The notes below the pieces were generated by a model, which saw only the letters and a program-made list of their open reading frames with translations, made no database searches and was not told the DNA's origin. Both the position numbers and the translations under genes were made by a program. Below, piece after piece: positions 22,520 to 34,019 of a stretch of 64,000 nucleotides of DNA. Each line of letters begins with the position of its first letter. Position 1 is the first letter of the stretch. Location of the stretch: the IMG/VR virus record IMGVR_UViG_3300020084_000003, positions 220,777-284,776 of that record. One strand, 5' to 3'.

Positions 22520-23644
22520 TTATACTTGTGGTCTTCTTAGACCCGCAGCCAACAATGGAAATGCCCCTGAATTTCTAAAAAATTCAGATGGGTATGTTGA
22601 AGGCCATGTTCTTTCTGTCCCTGCCGCACCTGTAATTGCACCAGCTTGTGTCATAAGAACTCCCGGTGGACTTCCAGTATTTAGAGGTTGACCCAAATCA
22701 ACACCAATTTCTGCTGATGCCATATGAGATACGCCTGTGGTTTGCCATTGGAAACCACCTGATGGTATATTCAAAGAAAATCCTAGCCATACTTTATCAC
22801 TGTGTTGATTGTGCAAAATAGGAGTTGCCAAATCTACTGCGCCAGAGTTTGTGTTAACAACTGGTGTTTGAACTTTAACCAAAAGTTGTCCCGGCAATCC
22901 ATTTGAGTTACTATCATAAATTCCCATTTCTATTATGGCACCGGCTGTGATTGATCCTTGAATGCCCATGAATAAGCTGACAATATCATATCCTTCACAA
23001 TACAAAGGTCTTACTTTAACTCTATCTCCATGCCCTTCTGTAGTTGCTGAACCGTTACTCCATGCAGACCAATGGGATTGATGCCTATCAATGCTTGGAT
23101 ATGGTCTTACATATGGTTTGATTTTGTAAGTATCAAACATTTTGTTGCTACTTGTTGGCTGAGAAACTGAAATGTCTCCTGAACCCAAGATTGATTGACC
23201 ATTTATTGTTTTAAATTCAGTCTCGCCGGGTCTACCTTGAATACCTCTGATATTTCCGCCGTTTACATATTCTGTGCCATTATAGAACCAAAGATCACTT
23301 CCTACTATGTATGTATCTCCCAACTGTGGAGTTGGGGTTGTAGGCAAATCATCTGTAGAAACAAAAGAGCCTAGAATTGCAGTGCTGTGTCTGTTCTTTT
23401 CTCTAGTGAACTCATCCATAAATACATCGACTGTATAGCTTGGAGTAGTAGTTCTAAGTTGAAAATACATATTGCCCGGCAAAATGGTAGAAAAACCTGC
23501 CAGAATTCTTGATTCGTTTGAAAATTCATCTGCAACAGTAGAAAATCTTATCGAAATATGCTCACCAGAAGGAACATTAATTAATGTTGAACCTGTGGTT
23601 TTAATAACAGGTGTCCAACTATTACTTACATTTAACAATGGCAT
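22520..23644 (-). CDS. fibre/adaptor protein sharing its N-terminal module with ORFs 15837 and 24489
   Basis: [32 protein letters not shown]; late promoter at 23681-23688. Confidence 0.6.
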   Translation of the reverse strand: MPLLNVSNSWTPVIKTTGSTLINVPSGEHISIRFSTVADEFSNESRILAGFSTILPGNMYFQLRTTTPSYTVDVFMDEFTREKNRHSTAILGSFVSTDDLPTTPTPQLGDTYIVGSDLWFYNGTEYVNGGNIRGIQGRPGETEFKTINGQSILGSGDISVSQPTSSNKMFDTYKIKPYVRPYPSIDRHQSHWSAWSNGSATTEGHGDRVKVRPLYCEGYDIVSLFMGIQGSITAGAIIEMGIYDSNSNGLPGQLLVKVQTPVVNTNSGAVDLATPILHNQHSDKVWLGFSLNIPSGGFQWQTTGVSHMASAEIGVDLGQPLNTGSPPGVLMTQAGAITGAAGTERTWPSTYPSEFFRNSGAFPLLAAGLRRPQV

Positions 23645-23683
23645 CTATTCTGACCTCTTACACTTTGATTGTTATAACGTTAT

Positions 23684-24475
23684 TTATATGTCGTTAAGCC
23701 AGTTATTCACAACTATATTCTCTCCTTCGATATAAGATATAGCAGGTTTAAATGCTGCTCTGTAAACATCGAAGCTTCCGCCAGTTGCAGTAGTTCTTCC
23801 CATTGTAAACGCAGAGGTAGCAATGTTCGCGCCTCTTGTTAGATTGAAGTTGACCCTTTGACCATCAACTTCACAAAAACAGTCTACTGTAACATCTTGA
23901 CCACCAGAAGGGGTGTTGATTATAAGATTTCTAATAAATCCATCGTTAACCGAAACCGCTGGCGTAAAGCTTCCACTGCTACCTTGTTGAACTTCAAATG
24001 AAATAGAACCACTCGCGTTTTGAACATAACCAAATCTTCTATTTCCACCAATTCCGTTGTGTCTCCCCCAAATTTGACCACCAGTTCCAGCAGCATGTCT
24101 TATTTTCATAGCTTTTACTATGCTAGAATATGCTGTAAATGATGCCACACATCTTAAAAATACGTTTGTCTCCATAAACGAAACATATCTTTTTCCGTTA
24201 TTATCTACTCTTAAAGTCGGGACGGGGTGTGCAGGATCGCGAACCAAATCCCAAGCATTAGAACCTTGAGATTTCCAGCAATGAACAGGGCCATTAATTA
24301 CAGCAGGAATAGTGCCTGCGTCATCCGAGAAAACATCAACATTTGCGTCATACCATATGTAATCAGCAGGCAGACGTTTAGGCATGGGCCATACAAAGCC
24401 CATGCCTTTCATTTGTAAAACTTGATTGTTACCATATTTTATTTGAACGGCATTAACTAAATCTAACTTTGGCAT
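23684..24475 (-). CDS. LamG/ConA-like structural protein
   Basis: WYDA..GPVHCWKSQG motif typical of phage LamG-like modules. Confidence 0.5.
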   Translation of the reverse strand: MPKLDLVNAVQIKYGNNQVLQMKGMGFVWPMPKRLPADYIWYDANVDVFSDDAGTIPAVINGPVHCWKSQGSNAWDLVRDPAHPVPTLRVDNNGKRYVSFMETNVFLRCVASFTAYSSIVKAMKIRHAAGTGGQIWGRHNGIGGNRRFGYVQNASGSISFEVQQGSSGSFTPAVSVNDGFIRNLIINTPSGGQDVTVDCFCEVDGQRVNFNLTRGANIATSAFTMGRTTATGGSFDVYRAAFKPAISYIEGENIVVNNWLNDI

Positions 24476-24488
24476 AATAAATCCTAAT

Positions 24489-27400
24489 TTAAGCTATTCT
24501 TACTACTAATTCGAATGGACCCGGATTAGAAGCATCAAATGCGGCTTGAGTATTAACTGTGGTTATTATTATAGATTGCCCCGCTGGACCGGTGTTTCCA
24601 ACTGGACCTTGCGGGCCAGTGTTACCTACCGGACCTTGAATACCTTGTGGTCCAGTATTTCCTTGCGGCCCTTGTGGACCTTGGATGCCCTGTGGGCCGG
24701 TGTTGCCAACTCGACCTTGAGGGCCTATCGGACCACGTTCGCCTACTGGTGAAAACGCAAGAATATCCCAATTAGTTGAAATATTTTCAAATGGTGAAGA
24801 ATTTCCATCTGTTTGTGAAATCCAAACAAAAGATGCAACTGATCCGTTAAGAGGATCGCCATCACCATCTAGTATTTGGTAAACACCATCTCCTTCTGTA
24901 TAAACAGAATTTGGATTCCACAATCCTCTCCAATTTAAACCGGTTCCTACATCACCTTTTGGACCAACTGGACCTTGTGAGCCTTGCGGACCTATCGGGC
25001 CTTGTGGACCCTCTGGGCCTGTTGGGCCTACTGGACCAATATCACCTTGTGGACCTTGTTCGCCCACTGGTGAAAATACAAGAATGTCCCAATCAATACC
25101 CATGTTTTCAAAAGGATTGCTATTGCCGGGTTCTTCTGGTAGCCAGATATAAGATATAACTGAACCATTCAACGGTGAACCAGAACTTATATTTATTGTT
25201 TGATATACAACATCGTTTTTATTATATATCTCACTAGATAGCCATTCACCCTTCCATTCAATTCCAACTTCACCTTGTGGGCCTACTGGACCTTGCGGGC
25301 CAATCGGGCCTTGTGGTCCCGCAACACCTTGCGGTCCAGTATTTCCTTGTGGACCCTGAACACCTTGTGGTCCTGTTGGACCTGTCGGGCCAACATCACC
25401 AACATCACCTTTTTCGCCTCTTTGGCCTTGGACACCTTGGATACCTTGTGGGCCTTGTGGTCCAGCAGGGCCAACCGGACCTGTATCGCCAATGTCACCC
25501 TTTTCGCCTCTTGGGCCTTGTGGTCCAGTTTCTCCAACTAAACCTTGTGGTCCGGTTTCACCTTGTGGTCCAGTAAGTCCAATTGGACCTTGAGGGCCGG
25601 TTTCGCCTTGTGGACCTTGGATACCTTGTGGACCTGTGTTACCGACCGGACCTTGAGGGCCAACCGGACCCTCTGGACCTTGGACGCCTTGTGGACCTGT
25701 GTTACCTGTCGGACCTACTGGACCTTGAATACCTTGTGGTCCAGTATTTCCAGTTAAACCTATTGGACCTTGGATACCTTGTGGACCTGTGTTACCAACT
25801 GGACCTTGAATACCCTGAATACCTTGTGGTCCGGTATTTCCGACCGGGCCTTGTGGACCTTGGATACCTTGTGGACCAGTGTTGCCAACCGGACCTTGCG
25901 GGCCAGCTATACCTTGTGGACCAGTGTTACCGACCGGACCTTGAGGACCAGTTGGGCCTTGTGGCCCCTGTGGACCTTGGATACCTTGGATACCATTTTC
26001 TCCCTGAATACCTTGCGGCCCTTGTGGGCCAACTGGACCTTGCGGACCTACTGGACCCGCTGGACCTTGTTCACCCACTGGTGAAAATACAAGAATATCC
26101 CAATTTACGGAAATATTTTCAGATGGTATGGAGTTTCCAGATGTATTTGCAGTCCAAACAAAAGATGCAACAGAACCATTTAGAGCATTATTGCTTGAGC
26201 TTAATATTTGATAAACAGCGTCATCTTTTTCATATACAGAATTAGAACTCCACAATCCTCTCCAATTTATACCTTTAGGACCAACTGGACCAATAGGGCC
26301 AACTAAACCACGCGGGCCAACTGGACCTTGCGGACCTTGAATGTTTCCAACGTTATTCCATGAATCATCATTAATTGAGTAAACCCACAAGTTTCCGTCA
26401 ATTATGTATGAATCTCCATTTTCAGATGTTAATGGCAGATCATCTTCTGATTCGAGCGCACCAATAATATTTACGCCGGTTCCATCGTCACCTTTTTCGC
26501 CAATATCACCTTTTGGACCAACCGGACCTTGCGGACCTACTGGACCTTGAATACCTTGTGGACCTGTGTTACCTGTCGGGCCAACTGGACCTTGAATGCC
26601 TTGTGGTCCGGTGTTGCCTTGTGGCCCTTGTGGTCCTATCGGGCCACGCTCACCTGTTGGACCTTGCGGCCCTTCCGGTCCCTGAATACCTTGTGGGCCA
26701 GTATTTCCAACCGGTCCTTGAGGGCCAGTTTCACCTTGTGGTCCGGTGTTGCCTTGTGGCCCTTGTGGACCGGTATTACCAACTGGACCTTGCGGACCTT
26801 GAATACCCTGAATACCTTGTGGACCGGTGTTACCGGTTGGACCTGTAGCGCCTCTATTTGCCAAAATAGACCATGTAGAGGTAGTAGTTGGAACAACGTT
26901 AATTGCAGTATTTACTATTAAGATATAAGAAGTATTTGAAGAGTAAACAACATCATTTCTTGAATATGTTGCAGCAGCGTTATAGTTTCCTCTCCAAGTT
27001 ATACCAACTGGACCGGTATTACCAACTGGACCTTGCGGACCTGTGTCACCGACCGGGCCTTGTGGTCCGGTTTCACCCTGAATACCTTGCGGTCCAGTAT
27101 TTCCAGTTAAACCTTGAATACCCTGCGGGCCTTGAATACCTTGTGGGCCTGTGTTACCAATATCGCCTTTTGGACCAACCGGACCTTGCGGACCTACTGG
27201 ACCTTGAATACCTTGCGGTCCAGTATTTCCAGTTAAACCTTGTGGGCCTTGTGGTCCGGTTTCGCCTCTCTCGCCTCTTTGACCTTGCGGACCTGTTGGA
27301 CCTACCGGGCCTTGTGGACCTTGGATACCTTGTGGACCTTCATCACCCACATCACCTTTTGGTCCAACTGGACCAATTGGACCTTGAATACCTTGTGGGC

Positions 27401-28520
27401 CAGTATTTCCAGTTAAACCTTGGATACCTTGTGGGCCTTGTGGACCGGTATTGCCAACTGGACCCTGCGGACCAACTGGACCTTGTTCGCCTTGCGAACC
27501 TCTGTTTGCAAGAATTGACCATGTAGATGTAGTTGTTGGATTTATATTGACAGCATTGTTTGATATTAAAATATATGATGTATTTGAATAATAAACAACA
27601 TCATTTCTAACATATGTAGCTGACGTGTTATAGCTTCCCCTCCAAGTTATACCTTGTGGGCCTACTATACCTTGAATACCTTGTGGCCCTTGTGGACCGG
27701 TATTACCAACTGGACCTTGCGGACCTGTGGCACCCTGCGGTCCAACTGGACCTTGCGGACCTATTGGACCAACTGGACCTTGAATGCCTTGTGGACCGGT
27801 GTTTCCAGTTAAACCTATTGGGCCTTGTGGTCCTATTGGACCTACCGGGCCACGCTCACCTGTTGGTCCTAATGGGCCTTGTGGTCCTATTGGACCCTCT
27901 GGGCCTATTGGACCTTGCGGACCAACATCACCAGTATCACCTTTAATTTTACCAATATTTTCCCAATTGCCTGAACCTTGGCTAAACCACAAATCTCCAT
28001 TAATAATATAACAGTCGCCTCTAGGAGCGTTTACTGGCAATAATGTTGGATTGTCTACAGTTCCTCTAATGTTAACACCGGTTCCTCTTGGACCTTGCGG
28101 ACCTGCTGGACCACGATCACCTTTCAGAGAACCACCATCAACAAATTCCAAACCATTATAATACCATAGATGCTCATCTATGATATACGCATCGCCTATC
28201 TCGGCAACTTCTGGCAAATTTATTACGCTTCCAAGATTACCTTTTATTAAGGTTCCTCTTGAAGTAATGTCGTTATTAAATTCTTTTATGAATATACGTG
28301 CGGTTTTATTTGCTGTTGCTACGGCTCTAAAGCGGACTGTAGTATTAGCTGGTATTGTTCCAATAAAACCCGGTCTAAGCAAAGCACCATTATTGTATGT
28401 TTCTGGTGCTTCAACCCCAAAACTCATTAAAACCGGTGCGCCTGTCTTTATGCTGACAAGCGACAAACCGGTTGTTACTATTGGTTCTGACCATGTGTTT
28501 CTAACTACCAAATCTGTCAT
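24489..28520 (-). CDS. collagen-like fibre protein
   Basis: Hundreds of G-P-Q/G-N-T/G-I-Q triplets interrupted by five W(R/K)G..Y...D.V.Y domains; late promoter at 28551-28558. Confidence 0.85.
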   Translation of the reverse strand: MTDLVVRNTWSEPIVTTGLSLVSIKTGAPVLMSFGVEAPETYNNGALLRPGFIGTIPANTTVRFRAVATANKTARIFIKEFNNDITSRGTLIKGNLGSVINLPEVAEIGDAYIIDEHLWYYNGLEFVDGGSLKGDRGPAGPQGPRGTGVNIRGTVDNPTLLPVNAPRGDCYIINGDLWFSQGSGNWENIGKIKGDTGDVGPQGPIGPEGPIGPQGPLGPTGERGPVGPIGPQGPIGLTGNTGPQGIQGPVGPIGPQGPVGPQGATGPQGPVGNTGPQGPQGIQGIVGPQGITWRGSYNTSATYVRNDVVYYSNTSYILISNNAVNINPTTTSTWSILANRGSQGEQGPVGPQGPVGNTGPQGPQGIQGLTGNTGPQGIQGPIGPVGPKGDVGDEGPQGIQGPQGPVGPTGPQGQRGERGETGPQGPQGLTGNTGPQGIQGPVGPQGPVGPKGDIGNTGPQGIQGPQGIQGLTGNTGPQGIQGETGPQGPVGDTGPQGPVGNTGPVGITWRGNYNAAATYSRNDVVYSSNTSYILIVNTAINVVPTTTSTWSILANRGATGPTGNTGPQGIQGIQGPQGPVGNTGPQGPQGNTGPQGETGPQGPVGNTGPQGIQGPEGPQGPTGERGPIGPQGPQGNTGPQGIQGPVGPTGNTGPQGIQGPVGPQGPVGPKGDIGEKGDDGTGVNIIGALESEDDLPLTSENGDSYIIDGNLWVYSINDDSWNNVGNIQGPQGPVGPRGLVGPIGPVGPKGINWRGLWSSNSVYEKDDAVYQILSSSNNALNGSVASFVWTANTSGNSIPSENISVNWDILVFSPVGEQGPAGPVGPQGPVGPQGPQGIQGENGIQGIQGPQGPQGPTGPQGPVGNTGPQGIAGPQGPVGNTGPQGIQGPQGPVGNTGPQGIQGIQGPVGNTGPQGIQGPIGLTGNTGPQGIQGPVGPTGNTGPQGVQGPEGPVGPQGPVGNTGPQGIQGPQGETGPQGPIGLTGPQGETGPQGLVGETGPQGPRGEKGDIGDTGPVGPAGPQGPQGIQGVQGQRGEKGDVGDVGPTGPTGPQGVQGPQGNTGPQGVAGPQGPIGPQGPVGPQGEVGIEWKGEWLSSEIYNKNDVVYQTINISSGSPLNGSVISYIWLPEEPGNSNPFENMGIDWDILVFSPVGEQGPQGDIGPVGPTGPEGPQGPIGPQGSQGPVGPKGDVGTGLNWRGLWNPNSVYTEGDGVYQILDGDGDPLNGSVASFVWISQTDGNSSPFENISTNWDILAFSPVGERGPIGPQGRVGNTGPQGIQGPQGPQGNTGPQGIQGPVGNTGPQGPVGNTGPAGQSIIITTVNTQAAFDASNPGPFELVVRIA
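24580..27940. repeat. collagen-coding tandem repeats
   Basis: Recurrent ggaccttg/tggtcc/gggcc units. Confidence 0.9.
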
Positions 28521-28585
28521 AACAGCCCTCTTATAAAATAAACATAGTGTTATTTATAAGAGAAAACCGTTATGACAGATATGTT

Positions 28586-28834
28586 TTATTCAGTTAGTAG
28601 AGATAATTGTCCTTCATGCTCTTCAATTATCTTAAATATAATATCGTCTTCCGAATACACATGAATTTCTTCATCGTTTTCATTAAACTTTGCATACACA
28701 GTTCCTTTTACAACGTGAACCGTATCGCCAACTTTAACATTAGAATTTGTGTATTTAGATGCGATGCTTTTTACAACTAGTTTGTCGGAGTCTACTTTTA
28801 AAAAAGCATATCCTGTAGTTGGCTTATGTATCAT
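28586..28834 (-). CDS. GroES-like small protein
   Basis: KPTTGYAFLK..VKVGDTV..EDDIIFKI. Confidence 0.45.
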   Translation of the reverse strand: MIHKPTTGYAFLKVDSDKLVVKSIASKYTNSNVKVGDTVHVVKGTVYAKFNENDEEIHVYSEDDIIFKIIEEHEGQLSLLTE

Positions 28835-29033
28835 TTTTCCTAGCCTTTTTCTTTTTCATTTTCATAATGTTTTCATGCTTTTTAAGAAGTTCTATTTCTT
28901 CTTTGACTTCTTTTCTTGCTTTCAGGGACTTTATATATCGCATCTCTTTTCGATGTTTTCTTGCCGCGTCAGAGCGCATCATTCTATCATCTTTATGTGA
29001 AACAACTGTTACTTCGATATTTTCATCAAACAT
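28824..29033 (-). CDS. basic hypothetical protein
   Basis: RBS GGAG, operon context. Confidence 0.55.
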   Translation of the reverse strand: MFDENIEVTVVSHKDDRMMRSDAARKHRKEMRYIKSLKARKEVKEEIELLKKHENIMKMKKKKARKNDT

Positions 29034-29055
29034 ATTAGTCTCCTTATATTATAAA

Positions 29056-29535
29056 TCACTCGTTCAATAGGTCTTGTTTAATCCTTTCAACACCTATGTT
29101 TTTAGTAAAATCACCATATCTGTCCGAATTTATTACTATGCCGACATAATGATCTACCGCACGATCCAAGCTAACATCGTGCTTCTTTGCATACGCCCTT
29201 GCGGACGCTGCATACCCACGTATATCTCTGTGATATACCCCAACATCTGTCCCATATAGAACAAATATTGCAAAGAAATAAATAGCCGCCATTAGCAACA
29301 TTAGGTATATGTTGATAAAGTAAGCCAACCCTATGACCAAAGCAGTCACAAGTGTCATTATGTAATTCATCTTTATAATTACTTTTTCATGTTCTATTTG
29401 AACTGTATCATTTATATCCTGAACAAAAGATACACATAGGAATCTGTTACAAGTTCTTTTTTCGCTGTTTATGTATTCTTTTTGCACTAAGATTACGGGC
29501 AGTATGCCCCACACAAATTCCCATTTCATTTTCAT
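29056..29535 (-). CDS. hypothetical membrane protein
   Basis: Two hydrophobic segments. Confidence 0.5.
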   Translation of the reverse strand: MKMKWEFVWGILPVILVQKEYINSEKRTCNRFLCVSFVQDINDTVQIEHEKVIIKMNYIMTLVTALVIGLAYFINIYLMLLMAAIYFFAIFVLYGTDVGVYHRDIRGYAASARAYAKKHDVSLDRAVDHYVGIVINSDRYGDFTKNIGVERIKQDLLNE

Positions 29536-29545
29536 CTCCGCGAGA

Positions 29546-29731
29546 TTATGCCGCCATTTTTTCGGCTGTTTCTTTTAACACCACTTCGGCACCGATTGAT
29601 TTTGCTATCTCATTCGCCTTTTTTTCATCACTAAAAACTAATTCTTGAATTGATTCTTCGAAAGACCATCTGCCGTTAGGTATTAACACAACCTGTTTAA
29701 GAGTGGTTCCGTTCCTTATTAAATTATACAT
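29546..29731 (-). CDS. hypothetical protein
   Basis: RBS AGGA upstream. Confidence 0.55.
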   Translation of the reverse strand: MYNLIRNGTTLKQVVLIPNGRWSFEESIQELVFSDEKKANEIAKSIGAEVVLKETAEKMAA

Positions 29732-29768
29732 ATTTGTGATCCTTTATTTAAAAGTTAATAGAGCAAAA

Positions 29769-30233
29769 TCACTCTAAAGATAAGTCATTCTCGGTTGGCA
29801 ATGTGCTTGGGTCATATGCCCAAGTGACCTCTCCTAGACTAGAATCATCTGTAATCATGCCATATTCTCGATGAATTGTCAAGCCCATTTTTTCGCAAAC
29901 GCTTTTAAAATGTCTCTTTCCCCACAGTATATCGCCATCCTTTGTCAAAACGTTTGGAGATATATCAATTAATATATTTTCTAAAAGAAGGTTTATATTT
30001 GGTATATTTCTAACTTGTATCGGCAATTCATCTCTCCCAAGAAACCAACCCCCAAATTTTTCATCATACTCTGATCTTAGTCCGAAAAAATGAATATTGA
30101 CGCCATCCATAGTTAGAGGAACGGTAAATGAACCGTCACCCCAACCCATAACTACTCCCAATTGATTGCACAATTCAATGAAAGGTGCTGGTATTATTAT
30201 GACTATAGAACCATTGTTGTTAGTAGTTTGCAT
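29769..30233 (-). CDS. hypothetical protein
   Basis: Follows the 832-aa ORF in operon. Confidence 0.6.
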   Translation of the reverse strand: MQTTNNNGSIVIIIPAPFIELCNQLGVVMGWGDGSFTVPLTMDGVNIHFFGLRSEYDEKFGGWFLGRDELPIQVRNIPNINLLLENILIDISPNVLTKDGDILWGKRHFKSVCEKMGLTIHREYGMITDDSSLGEVTWAYDPSTLPTENDLSLE

Positions 30234-30237
30234 GGAA

Positions 30238-32736
30238 TTAAACCTTAATATTAGTATTCAATTGATTTTCGACATTTTCAACAACAGTGATTGGAACAGA
30301 AGCAGTCCCTTTAGTTAGAACTAACGAAGAAACATCACCCTTGAAATAGCCAGCCATATGCGGACCAGCACTTCCAACATAAACTTTATCTGTTGTCATT
30401 CCGCCAGCAGTAAATGAAAGCGATCTTGTTGCTCTCTCTGTTCTATTAACTCTAAGATTCATAGTTCTAGTGGTCATATCAACAGAAGAAGTCAATATGT
30501 ATTTATTTGGACTAGCATATGCTGCACTGGTTGAATCTGATCGGTTTGCAGTGTTTGATTTTGTGGTTCTAACGCTATACATGGAATCGTTATCACTAGG
30601 TGCCAACATGGCAAAGTGGTTTGTGGTATTACCAATGAATACCAAGTTGCCGGGTAAAGAGTTTCCGATTGTTTTAATTCCACTTGTCGATACAGTAAAT
30701 CTAGTATCAGTTGAGAAATTGAAAGACTGTGTGGATACCATGAAGTCATTCACACCATCAAATCTGGCAAACCAAACACTCTCTTTATCTTTTTCTATAA
30801 CTTCATACTCACTTATTACATATTGATATTTAGTAGAAGCAGAACCAACTTCAAGCTGAACATTAGTCATATAAAACTCTGCAAAGTGAGATGTATTTGG
30901 GTCGGCTCTAATTATCAACAAATCTACAGAAGTGTTGGCCGTTTTGGTAAATGTCAAATTAAATTTCTGCCAGTAATCTCTCATCTGAATATAAGAAGGT
31001 GCGGGGTCATCTACTGTTCTTCTTAATACCAGATTTGGTTGTGTTTCTTGATAAGCACTCTTACCCATAAAACTTAAAGTATAGGTAACTCCATCAGTAA
31101 GAGTAGCAGTGTTTAATCTCACTCCGCTATAACTTGTCATTCTGTTTATATTCTGGTTTCTTCTAAAAGACATGTAAAAAACGTCATATTCGTTGTCATA
31201 CTTTATATTATTTTTATTAATATTAGGTCTATCGGAAGATGTTTCACTAATGATAGTGAAATGAGATAACACATCTTGACCCACCAACATGTTTCTTCTA
31301 GTAGAACCTACAGGCAACTTGACTGCTCTAGGCGCATAATTTTGGTCAGTCTGTGTTAAAGTCATGTTTCCATTTGAACTTTTCCAAGCTCTTATATGCT
31401 CTCCCGCCTGATAAATGTGAGTTGTAGCGGCAGTGTCAGAATACCAATAATGAGGATGGCCCCAAAAAACTGTGCTTTGAGTGTTTGCAACTGGCGCTAG
31501 TAGAGTATTTACATTTTGAACAATCATGTATTTGTAATCAGTTGATCCGCCTCTTTTCTTGTAATAAGAAAATAGCTTATCTGCCTCGGCCTTGCTTACA
31601 ATTTTATTTACAAATCCCCAACCAACTACACCACCAGTTTCAGTCACTACATCTTTAGGGCCATTTGTAAAACTGTCTGAACCCATGTTAAAGGTTGCAG
31701 TTTTAATTTCATAAGGCAAAATGAAAGACTTTTCCACGCCTGCTATAAAGAGGGTGCCAGACTGTCCAATTAGATTTGATGTGTCTGTAGTTAAAGTGTC
31801 GTCTATAGAATCAAATTTTATATATTCGTAAACAGGCATTTTAGAATCGTTTACATATATGTTATTTCTAACATCTTGATATCTTGTGGCTTCTCTTCCC
31901 ATTTCGATTTGTGGGGATGAAACATCCAATCTAGAAGCACCATCTATCACTACCATATCGCTAATGGCCCCAAATTGGATCATGGGAATTTCTATGTCAT
32001 ATAGGCAAAGGAAAGTTATGGAAACTCTAGCCCATTCTTCATCAACATAAAATATCGTAGTAGACGCATTGCTTATGCCATATTCATATATGTAATTTAC
32101 TGCCATAGTATCTAAATTTACGTTAACAATAATATCAACTTGCTCAGAACCCATTCTCATTGAGAAATATTCTTTGAATTTTCCAAATGAATTTTTTCTG
32201 TTTACATATATGGAAAAAGTAACGTATTTATTTTTTGCTGGAATAGTATGGAAACCCAAGTTTTGTGCTAGAACTACAAAGTCTGACGGATCATCATCCA
32301 CTTCTTTAGACAATATAAAAATCGGATTCCCATTCAAAGTAGAATCAGATGATTGATAAATTGTTGTTCTAGGATCGCCCCATCCAGAATTTATAAACCA
32401 AGGAAAAGCGTTTAACTTGTTTGAGTAAGGAATAATATTTCTAACACCAGTTATAGGTCTTGAACCCATAACTGGCATTCGGGATAAAGTAGATTGATAT
32501 GCATTTCTAGGATTTGTTAGAGAAATCTTACCTGTATGGCTATCCAGTATAGCACCAACAGGCTCACCATACTCACTTTTTATTGAAAAATTTGATTGAG
32601 CATATGTGTTATTCTTATCTACAGTGTAAAGAAACCCACGTTGTGCTGGATAGAAAATATCTTCTGGTGAAAATGAACCAAGGGTGTCTATCCCTTCCAA
32701 AAGATCAGCACTAAAATTATTCTCTACTTTTGGCAT
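30238..32736 (-). CDS. structural protein with carbohydrate-binding and ConA-like domains
   Basis: Repeated PQIE.G.EAT.YQ / VQLEVGSASTKYQ and FDGVNDFM motifs. Confidence 0.6.
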   Translation of the reverse strand: MPKVENNFSADLLEGIDTLGSFSPEDIFYPAQRGFLYTVDKNNTYAQSNFSIKSEYGEPVGAILDSHTGKISLTNPRNAYQSTLSRMPVMGSRPITGVRNIIPYSNKLNAFPWFINSGWGDPRTTIYQSSDSTLNGNPIFILSKEVDDDPSDFVVLAQNLGFHTIPAKNKYVTFSIYVNRKNSFGKFKEYFSMRMGSEQVDIIVNVNLDTMAVNYIYEYGISNASTTIFYVDEEWARVSITFLCLYDIEIPMIQFGAISDMVVIDGASRLDVSSPQIEMGREATRYQDVRNNIYVNDSKMPVYEYIKFDSIDDTLTTDTSNLIGQSGTLFIAGVEKSFILPYEIKTATFNMGSDSFTNGPKDVVTETGGVVGWGFVNKIVSKAEADKLFSYYKKRGGSTDYKYMIVQNVNTLLAPVANTQSTVFWGHPHYWYSDTAATTHIYQAGEHIRAWKSSNGNMTLTQTDQNYAPRAVKLPVGSTRRNMLVGQDVLSHFTIISETSSDRPNINKNNIKYDNEYDVFYMSFRRNQNINRMTSYSGVRLNTATLTDGVTYTLSFMGKSAYQETQPNLVLRRTVDDPAPSYIQMRDYWQKFNLTFTKTANTSVDLLIIRADPNTSHFAEFYMTNVQLEVGSASTKYQYVISEYEVIEKDKESVWFARFDGVNDFMVSTQSFNFSTDTRFTVSTSGIKTIGNSLPGNLVFIGNTTNHFAMLAPSDNDSMYSVRTTKSNTANRSDSTSAAYASPNKYILTSSVDMTTRTMNLRVNRTERATRSLSFTAGGMTTDKVYVGSAGPHMAGYFKGDVSSLVLTKGTASVPITVVENVENQLNTNIKV

Positions 32737-32745
32737 ATTAATTCC

Positions 32746-33015
32746 TTAAACTACTTGACCGTCTTCTGACGAAACCTCGAATGAACAAGATGTAATAAAT
32801 TTGTGACCTGCATACATCTCTCTAAAAATAGTCTTGGCATTTTCAACTTGTGCTGCTGATAGGCCATTGAACGTTAAAACTCTTTTATTTGGCGGCGCAA
32901 AAGCATTCCAAAACTCGTGTCTGTAATTGATCTTCATTAAAAATGAGTTGAGTTTTTCGTCATACTCATCATTAATACTTGGAACAGTAACCTTCAATTG
33001 GTATTTATCATACAT
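32746..33015 (-). CDS. hypothetical protein
   Basis: RBS AGGGA. Confidence 0.55.
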   Translation of the reverse strand: MYDKYQLKVTVPSINDEYDEKLNSFLMKINYRHEFWNAFAPPNKRVLTFNGLSAAQVENAKTIFREMYAGHKFITSCSFEVSSEDGQVV

Positions 33016-33041
33016 TTTTGTATTCCCTTATGAAAAAAGCC

Positions 33042-33066
33042 CACTGATAATTAATCAGTGGGCTTT
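33042..33066 (-). terminator. terminator after the tRNA-Arg/Ala pair
   Basis: AAAGCCCACTGAT/ATCAGTGGGCTTT inverted repeat followed by a T run on minus. Confidence 0.7.
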
Positions 33067-33075
33067 GTGAAAAAT

Positions 33076-33151
33076 TGGTGGAGTATGTCGGTTTCGAACC
33101 GACTACCTCCTGCTTGCAAAGCAGGCGCTCTACCCATTGAGCTAATACCCC
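33076..33151 (-). tRNA. tRNA-Ala(TGC)
   Basis: Cloverleaf, CCTGC-TTTGCAA-GCAGG, G3:U70, CCA. Confidence 0.95.
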
Positions 33152-33161
33152 AATTAAAATA

Positions 33162-33237
33162 TGGACCACTTAGAGGGAGTCGAACCCCCAACTCGACGTT
33201 CGTAGCATCGTGTTATCTCCGGTTTCACTATAAGTGG
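33162..33237 (-). tRNA. tRNA-Arg(ACG)
   Basis: CGATG-CTACGAA-CGTCG, T arm, CCA. Confidence 0.9.
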
Positions 33238-33248
33238 ATATGTATTAT

Positions 33249-33479
33249 TTATGCAAATTCTCTTTGATAAATCTCATATCTTTTCTTTTTACCAAGAATT
33301 CTATGATAATTTCTAGTTGCATATACTAAATGGTTGTATGAAAAAGACCCGTAATATGCACTCTCTCTTCTTGACAATACATAGTTTCTGGCGTTTTCAA
33401 ATTCGTTTTTTGCTAGTTCAACGTCTAGCTCTGATACAGGCTTGGGCGGAAAATATTTCCAGATAAAGTTTCTTAACAT
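33249..33479 (-). CDS. hypothetical protein
   Basis: RBS AGGAGA. Confidence 0.55.
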   Translation of the reverse strand: MLRNFIWKYFPPKPVSELDVELAKNEFENARNYVLSRRESAYYGSFSYNHLVYATRNYHRILGKKKRYEIYQREFA

Positions 33480-33576
33480 AAGTGTCTCCTTTTCTTTTAC
33501 ACGTGTGCATTATAACACACTACAAAAGAAATGAGTAGACCCTTTATCGGTAAAGCCGATATGCACTCAGTGCAAC

Positions 33577-34014
33577 TTACTTTAGAACCTTACCATTTCT
33601 GATAGAAAATTCTGTTACAGATTTCCATGTAAAGTGACAGTCATGATAAACCTTAACATCAACGTTTTGCAATTCTTCAATATTTGCGTTTATTGACCAA
33701 GGTCCAGCAAAATGAATTCCAGCATATCGTGTGGTTTCTCTTCCTCTATAGACACTTCTGATTTTAGGTTTCTGGATGGTATCTAGATTTTCCTCTACCA
33801 TGTAGAATTCTATATCATAAAATGAACAAGAGCTTCTTTTTTTATCAAAGGACAAAAACATATCTGTCTCATAATCTTCATTGTCAGATTCCTTTAGCAC
33901 ATACTCAAAGTTTGTGACTATAGGAAACAATTTAGTTTCTATTTTGCCGGGAAGCTCACTAATCAATAGTAGAAACATCCATATAACAAATATTAATTTT
34001 AGATTTTGCGACAT
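33577..34014 (-). CDS. single-TM periplasmic protein, late regulated (paralogue of 38562)
   Basis: N-terminal hydrophobic helix, conserved C..GPW..H.CH pattern. Confidence 0.6.
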   Translation of the reverse strand: MSQNLKLIFVIWMFLLLISELPGKIETKLFPIVTNFEYVLKESDNEDYETDMFLSFDKKRSSCSFYDIEFYMVEENLDTIQKPKIRSVYRGRETTRYAGIHFAGPWSINANIEELQNVDVKVYHDCHFTWKSVTEFSIRNGKVLK

Positions 34015-34019
34015 TAGTT

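Noticed and set aside
24546-28536. Many plus-strand and alternate-frame ORFs in the collagen genes (also 21668-22476)
   Set aside because: Artefacts of stop-poor G-X-Y repeats; no RBS, and low-complexity L/D/W translations
6150-32736. Diversity-generating retroelement acting on fibre genes
   Set aside because: No reverse transcriptase and no TR/VR pair with adenine-specific differences was seen
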